Source of the DNA: a virus
Lineage: Duplodnaviria > Caudoviricetes
IMG/VR virus record: IMGVR_UViG_3300012843_000003
Coordinates: 1 to 50,116 of that record
Length of the DNA stretch: 50,116 bases
Strand: one strand, 5' to 3'
Shown here: positions 1 through 8,900 of the stretch, in pieces
How the letters are laid out: each line of letters begins with the position of its first letter
How positions within the stretch are numbered: position 1 is the first letter of the stretch
Position numbers and translations under genes: made by a program
The notes under the pieces: model-generated
What the model saw: only the letters and a program-made list of their open reading frames with translations
The model's database searches: none
What the model was told of the DNA's origin: nothing

Positions 1-3
1 TAC

Positions 4-300
4 TCATCCTTGCGTCCTGCACCACCACGACTGCGCATAGAGCACGCCGTCGATGTCTTCCACCCCATTGATGTTCATGCCGAGTTGGGCCATGCCGTTG
101 ACCTTGGCGTCATGCAGGCGCGGGATGATGTCCGGCCCGGGCGTCGGGTTGAACACCCAAGCCTGGGTGGCCACACGACCTAATGGCTCACTCTGGTGGT
201 CACCGATGTGGATGTCGGCGCGCAGGGGCTTGATCTTCCTGAGCTGTTCGGAGGGGATGGCCACGCCATTCACGCGGCGTCGGACGAGGAGGAAGTACAT
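4..300 (-). CDS. Hypothetical protein, probably SOS-regulated
   Basis: 98-aa ORF with a LexA box 12 bp upstream of the ATG. Confidence 0.75.
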   Translation of the reverse strand: MYFLLVRRRVNGVAIPSEQLRKIKPLRADIHIGDHQSEPLGRVATQAWVFNPTPGPDIIPRLHDAKVNGMAQLGMNINGVEDIDGVLYAQSWWCRTQG

Positions 301-312
301 AGGGCACCAATA

Positions 313-328
313 CTGTATATCGATACAG
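313..328. promoter_or_regulatory. LexA (SOS) box
   Basis: CTGT-ATATCGAT-ACAG within TACTGT...ACAGTA; matches gammaproteobacterial CTGT-N8-ACAG. Confidence 0.85.
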
Positions 329-364
329 TATCGTAATCACACTTGCGCCGCCCGGGCAACTCGG

Positions 365-886
365 TCAGCCAGGCGGCATCAGTGCGTCGTACTCACGCTC
401 GCACTGCCGGCCGGCGATTCGGGCCCGGTCAAGCGCTGTCGCCAGCTCTCCCGCTCGAGCATCAGCCCGGTCGCGCAGGTCGGAGAGCACCATGGCGGCG
501 CGGGTGGCTGCGTGGCCTCGGGCGATAGCGGCGGTATCCGTGCCGGCGCAACTGACGGTGGCGGCGAGCTTTCCGGCTTCGTCGCGCAGCCGCTGGCCAG
601 CAACATCGGCGCCAGCAGCGCCAGCATCAGCAATCGTTCGTTCTTCCTGTGCATGGGCTCGCGCCTCCTCCTGCGCCTGGGCGCGTCGTTGTTCTTCCTG
701 GCGGGCGCCGCGCTCGCCGATCACCTCGGCTAGACGCTCGCCGCTGTCTCGTTCTGCCGAAGCAGCGGAGGCTTCCGCCCTTTCTACCGACCGACCATGC
801 TGGTAGACACCGAAGTAGGACGCCAACAGCAGCAGCAGGGAAATGCAGTGAAGGGGCACGCTGTATTTTGCTACCAGTTGTTCCAT
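365..886 (-). CDS. Rz-like inner-membrane spanin (DUF2514-like)
   Basis: N-terminal TM helix, Ala/Gln/Arg coiled coil, C-terminal 'GRQCEREYDAL'; downstream of the endolysin. Confidence 0.85.
   Translation of the reverse strand: MEQLVAKYSVPLHCISLLLLLASYFGVYQHGRSVERAEASAASAERDSGERLAEVIGERGARQEEQRRAQAQEEARAHAQEERTIADAGAAGADVAGQRLRDEAGKLAATVSCAGTDTAAIARGHAATRAAMVLSDLRDRADARAGELATALDRARIAGRQCEREYDALMPPG
379..654 (-). CDS. Rz1-like outer-membrane lipoprotein spanin embedded in Rz
   Basis: Fully nested in an alternate frame; lipobox LASG-C; Pro-rich mature part; GGAGG 9 nt upstream of ATG 654. Confidence 0.75.
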   Translation of the reverse strand: MHRKNERLLMLALLAPMLLASGCATKPESSPPPSVAPARIPPLSPEATQPPAPPWCSPTCATGLMLERESWRQRLTGPESPAGSASVSTTH

Positions 887-1188
887 GCTGCCTCCCAGTC
901 AGGTAGGTCTACCGTCTGGCCAGCAAGTGGATGAGTGCTGTCGCTCAGGTACTGGATGCGACCATCGGTGACGAAGGAATGGCAGACTGTTTCCTTGCTG
1001 CCCATCCGGTAGCGGCTCAAAACGGACGGCGTAAAGGTGGGCGCCTCGGCGTTGCCGTTGTATCCCCACCGAGGGCCGGAACCCGCTCCTACGCTCAGGC
1101 TGTGCGGAAGTCTGCATCCGCTGCAGAAGAACCACAGCGAACCATCATCAGCCTGCCCCAGGCAGCGGCCGATCGTCTTGATCGTCAT
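871..1188 (-). CDS. DUF6527-like Cys/His (probable Zn-binding) protein
   Basis: FxCxGCxxxH, 'WGYNGNAEAPTFTPSVL', 'CHSFVTDGRIQY' motifs; ATGA overlap with the lysin stop. Confidence 0.7.
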   Translation of the reverse strand: MTIKTIGRCLGQADDGSLWFFCSGCRLPHSLSVGAGSGPRWGYNGNAEAPTFTPSVLSRYRMGSKETVCHSFVTDGRIQYLSDSTHPLAGQTVDLPDWEAAWNNW

Positions 1189-1622
1189 GCCAGTGCCCTC
1201 CGCACACCTTCATCGATGATCGCAGCCGGATACGGATTGCCGCCGTTCTCGTGGATGATGATGCTGACAACCATCTCGCGCAGCGTGGCCGGGTCTTTAA
1301 TGTTGATCGGGTCGGTGGTGCGCACACCAATCCGCTTGGCCACGGCGCCGGCGTAGGCCTGGGTGTCGTTCTCGTTGCTCGGCGCCCAGCGATTGATGGT
1401 TTCGAGCACGGTGTCGATACCCTTGCCGCCCACGCCGGGCATGCCGTCCTTGCCGCGGTAGTTGATCAGCAGCTTGCCCAGGGCGCGGATACCGTTCTCG
1501 GGGGTGTCGAAGATGGCGAAGCGGCCACCAGGTTCCTTGCCGATCTGGCCCTGCCAGTCGTTGCGCGGGTTGAAGTCGATGTTGCCGGGGTTGCGATTGC
1601 GTACGCCGCGTGGAGTGCTCAT
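1185..1622 (-). CDS. Putative endolysin (lysozyme-like, often annotated 'structural protein P5')
   Basis: 'RGVRNRNPGNI...FDTPENGIRA...INRWAPSNENDTQAY' motif; upstream of spanins. Confidence 0.75.
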   Translation of the reverse strand: MSTPRGVRNRNPGNIDFNPRNDWQGQIGKEPGGRFAIFDTPENGIRALGKLLINYRGKDGMPGVGGKGIDTVLETINRWAPSNENDTQAYAGAVAKRIGVRTTDPINIKDPATLREMVVSIIIHENGGNPYPAAIIDEGVRRALA

Positions 1623-1849
1623 TGGGCAGCCTCCTCTGCCGGCGCGTCGAGCTCGATGTCTGCCGCCTCCTGGGCAGTTACGCGGACCTGCGCGGAGTAG
1701 CGCTTGATCAGCTGGGCGGTTAGCACCTCGGCGCCAGGCTGGGTCTTCAGCAGCTCTCGGGCCGCGGTATCCGCCTCAGCCTCGGTGGCATACTCAACGG
1801 TGCGGATCGGGTCCAGGGCATTGGTGCGGTTGATGACGATGAAGGGCAT
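1619..1849 (-). CDS. Hypothetical phage protein
   Basis: 76-aa ORF with GGAG RBS, coupled to the lysin. Confidence 0.7.
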   Translation of the reverse strand: MPFIVINRTNALDPIRTVEYATEAEADTAARELLKTQPGAEVLTAQLIKRYSAQVRVTAQEAADIELDAPAEEAAQ

Positions 1850-1864
1850 GGGTTTTCTCCAGGC

Positions 1865-1888
1865 AAAAAAATACCGCCAGGCGGCGGT
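1865..1888 (-). terminator. Intrinsic terminator after the tail fibre module
   Basis: ACCGCC/GGCGGT stem followed by a U-rich tract on the minus strand. Confidence 0.6.
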
Positions 1889-1914
1889 TGGGGGTGTATC
1901 GGGTTTGGTGGCAA

Positions 1915-2193
1915 TTAGGTCGGGGGGACGGGCCAGTCGATTGATTGGGGGTAACCCGGTTGCTTAGGAACCCGGGTCAGGAGAATCCGGTACTGTTTCC
2001 ATTGAGTAAGCAGCGCTTCTTCTTCCGGTGTGGCCTCACCGAACTCAACCGCGTCGGCCAAAGGCGCGATCGATTGATCAGCTACCGACCTCCGGCTCTG
2101 GAGCTCCTGGGTCACCTGAGTCCTCAGCGCCTCCAGTGCCTGCGCCTCCTTCATCTCCTTCGTTACCATCCGGCTCCAATTGATGTTGCTCAT
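1915..2193 (-). CDS. Tail fibre assembly chaperone (Tfa-like)
   Basis: 'IAPLADAVEFGEATPEEEALLTQWKQYRILLTRV...IDWPVPP' C-terminal motif. Confidence 0.85.
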   Translation of the reverse strand: MSNINWSRMVTKEMKEAQALEALRTQVTQELQSRRSVADQSIAPLADAVEFGEATPEEEALLTQWKQYRILLTRVPKQPGYPQSIDWPVPPT

Positions 2194-2500
2194 CTTCTAC
2201 CACCTCGTTGTAGATGGGGAGGTCGACTGTGCCGTCCTCAGTCACGACCAGCTCGGTAGCGAACCGAGTAGACTCCGGGGCATTCAGCCCGTGGGGCAAT
2301 AGGATGGTCATCTCCAACTCGCCCCCAACTCGGGTCACTTCTCCTTTAAACCATTCGCTGCTGATCGCTTCGGCGGGCAGGGTCGCCCCCTCCAACAGGG
2401 GCGAGAAGTCGAACACCTCGCCGTTTAGCATAAGGACGTCGCCCTCACGGTCCATGTCCAGCGGGTAGTCACGAAGTGACGGGGAAAACCTGATAATCAT
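2078..2500 (-). CDS. Tail fibre-associated protein
   Basis: 'LNGEVFDFSPLLEGATLPAEAISSEWF...LLPHG' motif found after Pseudomonas fibres; start 2500 or 2509. Confidence 0.7.
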   Translation of the reverse strand: MIIRFSPSLRDYPLDMDREGDVLMLNGEVFDFSPLLEGATLPAEAISSEWFKGEVTRVGGELEMTILLPHGLNAPESTRFATELVVTEDGTVDLPIYNEVVEDEQHQLEPDGNEGDEGGAGTGGAEDSGDPGAPEPEVGS

Positions 2501-4950
2501 TATTGCCACCTCCCAACGGCCATTGCTGTCATGACAAACCCTTGTGCCGTAGCCCCGTTACGAACTGTCAAGGAACAGGAGCTAGGTGACCACGAACCCG
2601 CATGGATAAAGCCGTAGTGGTCTAACGAATTGACGGGTTCGAATTGCGCACTAACCGTATAGTAATTACCGCTAAAACTTGCGGGGAATGTCCACAAGAA
2701 CGAAAGGTAGTCGTTAGCTGCTGCTGCCAGTGTTTGCACGTTCATCGACCTGGGCAGAATGCAAACCTGCATACCGTTGGCAAACCGGAGAACGGTCCCA
2801 TTCGAGTTTTCGACAATGGACATCAGCGCGGAACCTGCCGCCACGTCTCCGACAACGGCTCTGACGGCCGCGTCCCCCAGACCGAGGTTGGTCCTCGCCC
2901 CGGCAGCCGTGGTTGCCCCGGTGCCGCCTTTGCTGATCGGGGTGGTGGCGTTGATCTGCCCCTGGAGCTTGCCGATCGCCGCCAACAAGGTGTCGGTCGA
3001 CACCACTGCCGAGTTAGCACCGACTGCATACCCGGTCAGCGGCGTGCTGGGCATCACCACCTCCTCCCAGGCCGACCAGGCACTGCTCCACAGTTGCCGT
3101 TTCCAAGCGCGGTTGCGGTTGGCGGCCACCGAGGTGGATGGGTAGGCGTACTGCACGTGGGCAGACACGCTGCTGACCCCAGGAACGTGGTTGATGACGT
3201 GACCCACGTTGACCGGGAGTCCAGCTGCCTGCGCTGCTGCAGCATCGATGTAGTACTGGCCCGAGGTGCGGATGGTCGCAGGGTCTGTTACGGCCGCTGC
3301 CGACGTCGTACCCATGCCCCAGGCCGCCAGGGTATCCAGCGATGCCTGCTCTTTCCACGGCCCCCAGGTGCCCTGGTTGCGGGTCCTGGTAAACATCCTG
3401 TTGTAGAGCGTGGCGTTGGTGGTCTGGACCGTCAGGACTGTCTGGGCGGTGTAGCCGGAAGCCCCGGCACTGTAGCCCTCGACGAAGAGCAGGCCCGACG
3501 CCGAAGCTAGCGGGTTGCCAGTCGCAGTGTTGGCGTACCGGTAGACCCCACCGTTGGTGGTCGCGTCCAGGTCCGTGACGGCCGGCGCGGCGTCGGTATT
3601 GAGGCCCGCCGACTGCACAGCCGAGTTACCCAGAAGCTCCCAAGCCGTCCAGGCACCGGCAAAGTAGCGAACCCAGACCTGCCGGGACGTGTAGGTGGCA
3701 GCGATCTGCGTCGGCCGTGCATCCCGGCTCATATGCAGCAGCGAACCGGTCATGCCATTGCCGCTAGCATCCTTGGGCGCACCGACAGCCGTTGTGCCGA
3801 AGGCGTACAGCCCGCCCTCAGTGATTGCATCGAGGTCCAGCGTGTACCCGGCTGCCCCGATGTTTGCCCCGAGGCCGATTGTGGCCAGGTAGTTCCGGAC
3901 GAACGCGGTGGTCGAGATCGAGGTATCGTTGTCGGCGGTGGTCGGGGTCGGCGCTTTCGGGTCGCCAGTGAAGACAGGAGAATCCGGGAAGACAAATTCC
4001 TGCCACGCGCCCCAAGTCGGGGTGGCCGGTGCGCCTCCATTAGCTACCCGCATCCACTGCTTGTAGGGGGCCAGGTAGCCCTGCACGATCTGCACGGCCT
4101 GGGCCGCGGTGGAGGTGTTGTTGCGGATGTAATACTGGATAGTGTTACTGGTGTTCGCCCCAGGCGGCAAGTCGGTGGTCGACCCGGCCGTGCGGTAGTT
4201 GCCGGAGGGGACGTCGGCCAGGTTGTTCAGCGACGTGTTGGGCCAGGTCGGGTTGTAGTCGGTGTTGGCAACGCCGACCGCCTTCAGCTGGGCGATGACC
4301 GAGTCGGGATCAGAAAACTCCTTCCAGTCCGACCAGACACTGCCGAATTGCTGGCGGTGGAACAGGCGAGCCTTGTTGGCTGCAACCCCTGTGGCAGGGG
4401 ACGCGATCTGCATCGCCCCGGTGCCGTGATTCTGGTGGAGGATAAACCAGCCAACAGTACCGATCTGGGGTGGGCCGTTGAGGCCACCGGCAGATGTAGT
4501 GGCCAACAGGTAAAAGCCCGATCCGGTCGGGGTGTTGGCGTCCACCAGGGCAACGGAAGAGTTGGCCCCCAGGCCGAAATCACCGACCTTGAGGATGTTG
4601 CCGACAGTGTTGTCGGTTACTGAGGTGGTGATGTTGGAGGTCGCCACTGTACCCAACCCCAGGGTGGTCCGGGCAGCTGCTGCGGTGGCGGCACCAATGA
4701 GCGCACGGCCGGTCGCGCCGGTCGCCAACATCGCCAGGGTATTCGCCCCGCTGGCCATCAGCAGCTGGTTGGCCGCCCACACGGAGTTCGCGATGGCAGT
4801 CAGCTTGGGGCTGACGGTACCGCTCGTACCGCCCATGGCGGTGTAAAGCTCCCCGAAGTTTTCATTAACTTTGGTAAAGGCGGTGCGCGCGTCGTCACCG
4901 TCCAGTCCTGCGTTTGGGATCGTTCCCAAGTTGATAGTTTGCTTTGACAT
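2500..4950 (-). CDS. Side tail fibre with five pyocin-knob-like domains
   Basis: 816 aa; 'ARTTLGLG/ARTNLGLG' and 'FTGDPKAPTP...TTAFV' shaft motifs; five units ending in WxxW; C-terminal 'AMAVGRW'. Confidence 0.85.
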   Translation of the reverse strand: MSKQTINLGTIPNAGLDGDDARTAFTKVNENFGELYTAMGGTSGTVSPKLTAIANSVWAANQLLMASGANTLAMLATGATGRALIGAATAAAARTTLGLGTVATSNITTSVTDNTVGNILKVGDFGLGANSSVALVDANTPTGSGFYLLATTSAGGLNGPPQIGTVGWFILHQNHGTGAMQIASPATGVAANKARLFHRQQFGSVWSDWKEFSDPDSVIAQLKAVGVANTDYNPTWPNTSLNNLADVPSGNYRTAGSTTDLPPGANTSNTIQYYIRNNTSTAAQAVQIVQGYLAPYKQWMRVANGGAPATPTWGAWQEFVFPDSPVFTGDPKAPTPTTADNDTSISTTAFVRNYLATIGLGANIGAAGYTLDLDAITEGGLYAFGTTAVGAPKDASGNGMTGSLLHMSRDARPTQIAATYTSRQVWVRYFAGAWTAWELLGNSAVQSAGLNTDAAPAVTDLDATTNGGVYRYANTATGNPLASASGLLFVEGYSAGASGYTAQTVLTVQTTNATLYNRMFTRTRNQGTWGPWKEQASLDTLAAWGMGTTSAAAVTDPATIRTSGQYYIDAAAAQAAGLPVNVGHVINHVPGVSSVSAHVQYAYPSTSVAANRNRAWKRQLWSSAWSAWEEVVMPSTPLTGYAVGANSAVVSTDTLLAAIGKLQGQINATTPISKGGTGATTAAGARTNLGLGDAAVRAVVGDVAAGSALMSIVENSNGTVLRFANGMQVCILPRSMNVQTLAAAANDYLSFLWTFPASFSGNYYTVSAQFEPVNSLDHYGFIHAGSWSPSSCSLTVRNGATAQGFVMTAMAVGRWQ

Positions 4951-4963
4951 CTGGCACCTGTTT

Positions 4964-5641
4964 TTAGAATCCGGTCACGTCAACCAACATGAGCGTTGGG
5001 GGTTGCATTGCCGGAGAAGAGGGTGGCGGGGGGACGCCTCCACCGCCGGTGGGTCTCGAGGATATTGGTAGCTCACCGACCCCGTACGTACCCGGCCCAA
5101 CACTTACCCCATACGAGAATTGGACCCAGTACGGCACTCCAGCCTGGGCGGCGCCTGCCCCTCTTTTGGGATAACTCCCGATGCCAGCGGCGTATGACCT
5201 GCCATCGCTGGGGTAAGACTTGGTTGTTCCGGATCCGGCACCGACCACGATGTCGGCTACCCTCATCCACCGAGCGCCCGCGTCAAACGTGAGAATCCCG
5301 GCCGAGTTGAAAGTCTGGAAACCAACGCTAGACGGGGCTATCGCCTGGTCGGCGAACCCAAAGATGTTGATAGTCCCCTGGGCAGATACCTTGAACCTCC
5401 ACGTCGTGCCAGACTTGGCCCACAGCGCGATGAACATGGGAGTGCTCGACGAGAAGAAAAGGGACGTGATGCCCGACGGCACGACCAGGTCGAAGTAATA
5501 CCCCACGGACACAAACGGACCTGTGTTGGCCGTGAACGGCCCCCCATAAGTCGTGCGGAAAGCCAGCGTCGAAACCCGGACCTCGGAGTCGATCTGGAAA
5601 GTGCCGCCTACCTCAAGATCCACCCTGAACCCCGTAGGCAT
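4964..5641 (-). CDS. Tail tip accessory protein
   Basis: Start reassigned to ATG 5641 (TAATG coupling); 'GFQTFNSAGILTFD' motif typical of genes after J. Confidence 0.7.
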   Translation of the reverse strand: MPTGFRVDLEVGGTFQIDSEVRVSTLAFRTTYGGPFTANTGPFVSVGYYFDLVVPSGITSLFFSSSTPMFIALWAKSGTTWRFKVSAQGTINIFGFADQAIAPSSVGFQTFNSAGILTFDAGARWMRVADIVVGAGSGTTKSYPSDGRSYAAGIGSYPKRGAGAAQAGVPYWVQFSYGVSVGPGTYGVGELPISSRPTGGGGVPPPPSSPAMQPPTLMLVDVTGF

Positions 5642-5964
5642 TAGAACGTCCCCGCAGAGATGTTGACGGCGCGCCGGGGCACCGGGCTGCCGGCAGTAGG
5701 GTACGAAAAGTCTACAAACGACCAACTCACTGTGGTGCCACTCACGCTCACGTTGGGGTAGGCATAAATTGACGCGAGCGTCAGGTCCGCCGAGTTGTCC
5801 TCCACAAACACAAAGGGCTGGCCACCGTCGGCTAGGGCCGGCACAACCAGCGAACCATTAGAGGTTCCTGATGAGAAGGTTGCATATATCCGGCCCAGCC
5901 GAGTGGTGGCGTCCAGTACCAGAACCCCTGAGGCATCAAACATCTGCAGTCCGCTAGGCATCAC
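5641..5964 (-). CDS. Tail tip accessory protein
   Basis: 'GLQMFDASGVLVLD' motif; coupled to the J stop. Confidence 0.75.
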   Translation of the reverse strand: MMPSGLQMFDASGVLVLDATTRLGRIYATFSSGTSNGSLVVPALADGGQPFVFVEDNSADLTLASIYAYPNVSVSGTTVSWSFVDFSYPTAGSPVPRRAVNISAGTF

Positions 5965-8900
5965 CAGGTCCCCATGCGAACGCGCAGAACGCCGTTGATG
6001 TAGACCTTGATACCGTTCCTATCCATCTCGTTGTAGGTATTGGCCATCGTCGGGTGGTGGATGGCGATCCGGCCTGTTGTGAAGTCCTGGGACATGATCT
6101 GCGGCCCCCAATTGGTGACCTGAGACGAATAGATCGTGTTACCCACCATGGCATTCTGCACGGCAAGCTTCGAGATGAACGCCGAGGCGATGACGGTCTG
6201 GCCATTTTCGACAGCGAACATCGCCTGAGGCACCCCGTTGATCGACTGCAGGACGGCGAACCGGTCGGCCAGGAACACCACCTGTGATTGCATCCCGCTC
6301 GGCGTATTCTCGATGCCGATCGCCATGCCCGCTGCGTAATAGGTGCCATTGCTGTTTACCCCGAGCTTGATGCTGTACATCAGGTTCAGCTTGCCATCCG
6401 TGCTGGCCTGGGCGCTGCTGATGGCCTGGATGTTCCCCTCAGCATTGCCGACACGAACACCAACCTGGGTGATCGATTGGGACAGCGCGCTATCAGCATT
6501 CGCCCGGGTAGTTGCCTCCGTGGCGATCGATGCCTCCGCATCACCGATGCGCGAGTTGGCCAAGGACACCTGCTGAGTCAGCGCAGTGTCGGCGTTAGCC
6601 CGGGTCAGCGCCTCTTGGCTGATCGCCGACTCAGCATTCCCCACTCGGCTACCCATTTGGGTGATCGATTGAGTGATTGCCTCGTCAGCCGTAGCGCGGG
6701 TGTTGATCTCGGTAGTGATGGACGCCTCGGCATCATCAATCCGCGAGTTGGCTTTAACGATCTGCTGGGTTAACGCAAGGTCGGCAGTCGCCCTGGTTGT
6801 GGATTCGGTGGTGATGGCAGACTCCGCATCACCGACTCGAACGCCCATTTGTGTGATCTGCTGCGCCAACGCCGTGTCGGCCGTGGCCCGTGTGACGCTC
6901 TCTTGGGTGATCTTCGATTCCGCGTCGCCAACCCGGACGCCCATCTGAGTGATGGTCTGCGCAAGTGCCTCGTCAGCATTCGCACGAGTTGACGCCTCTT
7001 GGGTGATGTCTGCCGTGTTGCCGTCCACCTTGACCCCGAGCTTCGTGATGGACTGGGCCAGAGCCTCGTCCTCAGTTGCGCGGGCGTAGCTCTCTTGGGA
7101 TACCGCGGCTTCAACGTTGCCCACGGAGACCTTCACCTCATCAACCTGGCGCGCGATGGCCAGATCTGCACTGGCGAAGGCGGAATACACGGTCCAGGTG
7201 CCGGCCTTCACGGCTGCGCCGCCAGCAAACCAATCGTTTCCACCGGCCATATCCGGATTGACTTGGGCCTCAACACCCAGCACCCGAGAAGCCACGGCCG
7301 CGAGTTCACCGTTGATCTCCTCGACACTGGTCTCGACCCCGTCCAAGCGCACGGCCAGCGCGGCGACCATATCGCCGATCGAGGCGTAATCCCCGATGTA
7401 CTCCCAATAGGTGCCATTCGTCACTGGGGTGCCGGCTGGTACGTCCTGCTTGGCCCGATACATCTTGCCGTCGAGTTTGACCAGGGAACCCGCCAGGTAG
7501 GACTTGCCCGACTCCCAGTCGGGGGCGCCAGCGATATCTGCGATTTGCGCCTGTAGGGTGTCGAGCTGCCCCTGGAGCGCGTTGTCGCCAACCGTGATGC
7601 GCTCATTCAGGTCTTCAGCAACACCCTCGATCCGCTCATTGATGGAACCAGGCCCTGTGCCGGAGATTTTTTCGATCTCGCTCAGCAGGTTCTGGCCCAG
7701 CTCGGTTTCGGTGATCTTGCCGGTGATGTAGTCGAGTATCTCGTTGGCGTCGGCACTCGACTGGCCGTGCACCCAATCTGTCCAGGGCCCGATGTTCCCG
7801 GTGCGGTCAACTAGGCGCCCACGGAAGTAACGTATGACCCCAGCAGCCATGCCGCTGTGCAGGTAGCCGGATGTGGGGTAGGCCTGGAGGCCCAGCGCCT
7901 CCGGATTCTGCCCGGTGTACTCGGATGCCATCTGCAGCTCGGTGTAGGCCGTGTCGGCAGCGCCTTCTGGAAAGCCCCAGGAAAGACGTATGCCGAAAAT
8001 CTCCGACTTCGTCCGCAGGTAAGCGAGCGCGGGCGGCGCACCTTCTTTGCCTTTGAGCTCAGTGAGCGTCGAGCTTTTCCAAATCGACGTAATGTCGAAT
8101 GAGCTGACAGCGCGCACGCGGGCCAGGTAGGCGCCGGCATAGATCCCGACCACGTCAACCGAAGTCGCCCCGGTACGCTGCAGCCGGATCCAGTTGCCGT
8201 TGTCCTTGCGCCACTCAACGTCGTATGCGACTGCGCCCTGCACTGCTGGCCAGGCAATCGTCATGGTACTGACCGCGATGCCTTGGTCCACAGCGTAGGC
8301 CGAGGTCAGGGACACGCTAGCCGGCGGCTGGACAGTTTTGACCGGGATCACGCTGATCGGGCGCTCGTCCAGCTTGGCGCCGGTGTCGATCGCAGCGAAC
8401 TTGCTCGGGTTGAACTCGAGCGCGGTGATCTCGTAGTCGCCCTCCTGGGTGCGAGTGGTCTTCAGTACTCGGAACAGCTGTACCGCCAGGTCGTCGTAGT
8501 CGATCGCCCACTGCAGCTCTGGCTCCGGCTGAACGCCATATGCGGTGGTCACCGTCACTGCACGACCGGCGACGGACTGCACCGTGCGCGCCTGGGCGGT
8601 GCCGTTCGGCAGGTTGAGGATTAGACGGTCACCAGCCTTGATCGGCGTGTCACGGTCCAGGGTCACGACGCGTCCGGCGGCTGCCGAGATCCGGCCACCG
8701 TTCGGGCGGCCAGCCACCAGCTCGTCAGCCACTGGAATGACGTAACCAGGCAGTGGGATACGGCCTTCCATGCCAGTCTTGAAGGTGACGGTGCGGTCCT
8801 GGCTGTTGCTCAGCAGCGCCCACTTACCGCGGCGCTGAGCCTCGGAGGGGCGGGTGCAGCCGATGGCCGAGATCTCGATCGGGCGATCGCGGTACCGCCG

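Noticed and set aside
6432-7103. 96-bp periodicity as a CRISPR array or DGR template
   Set aside because: In-frame, degenerate at synonymous positions, no unique spacers, and no cas or reverse transcriptase gene in the window
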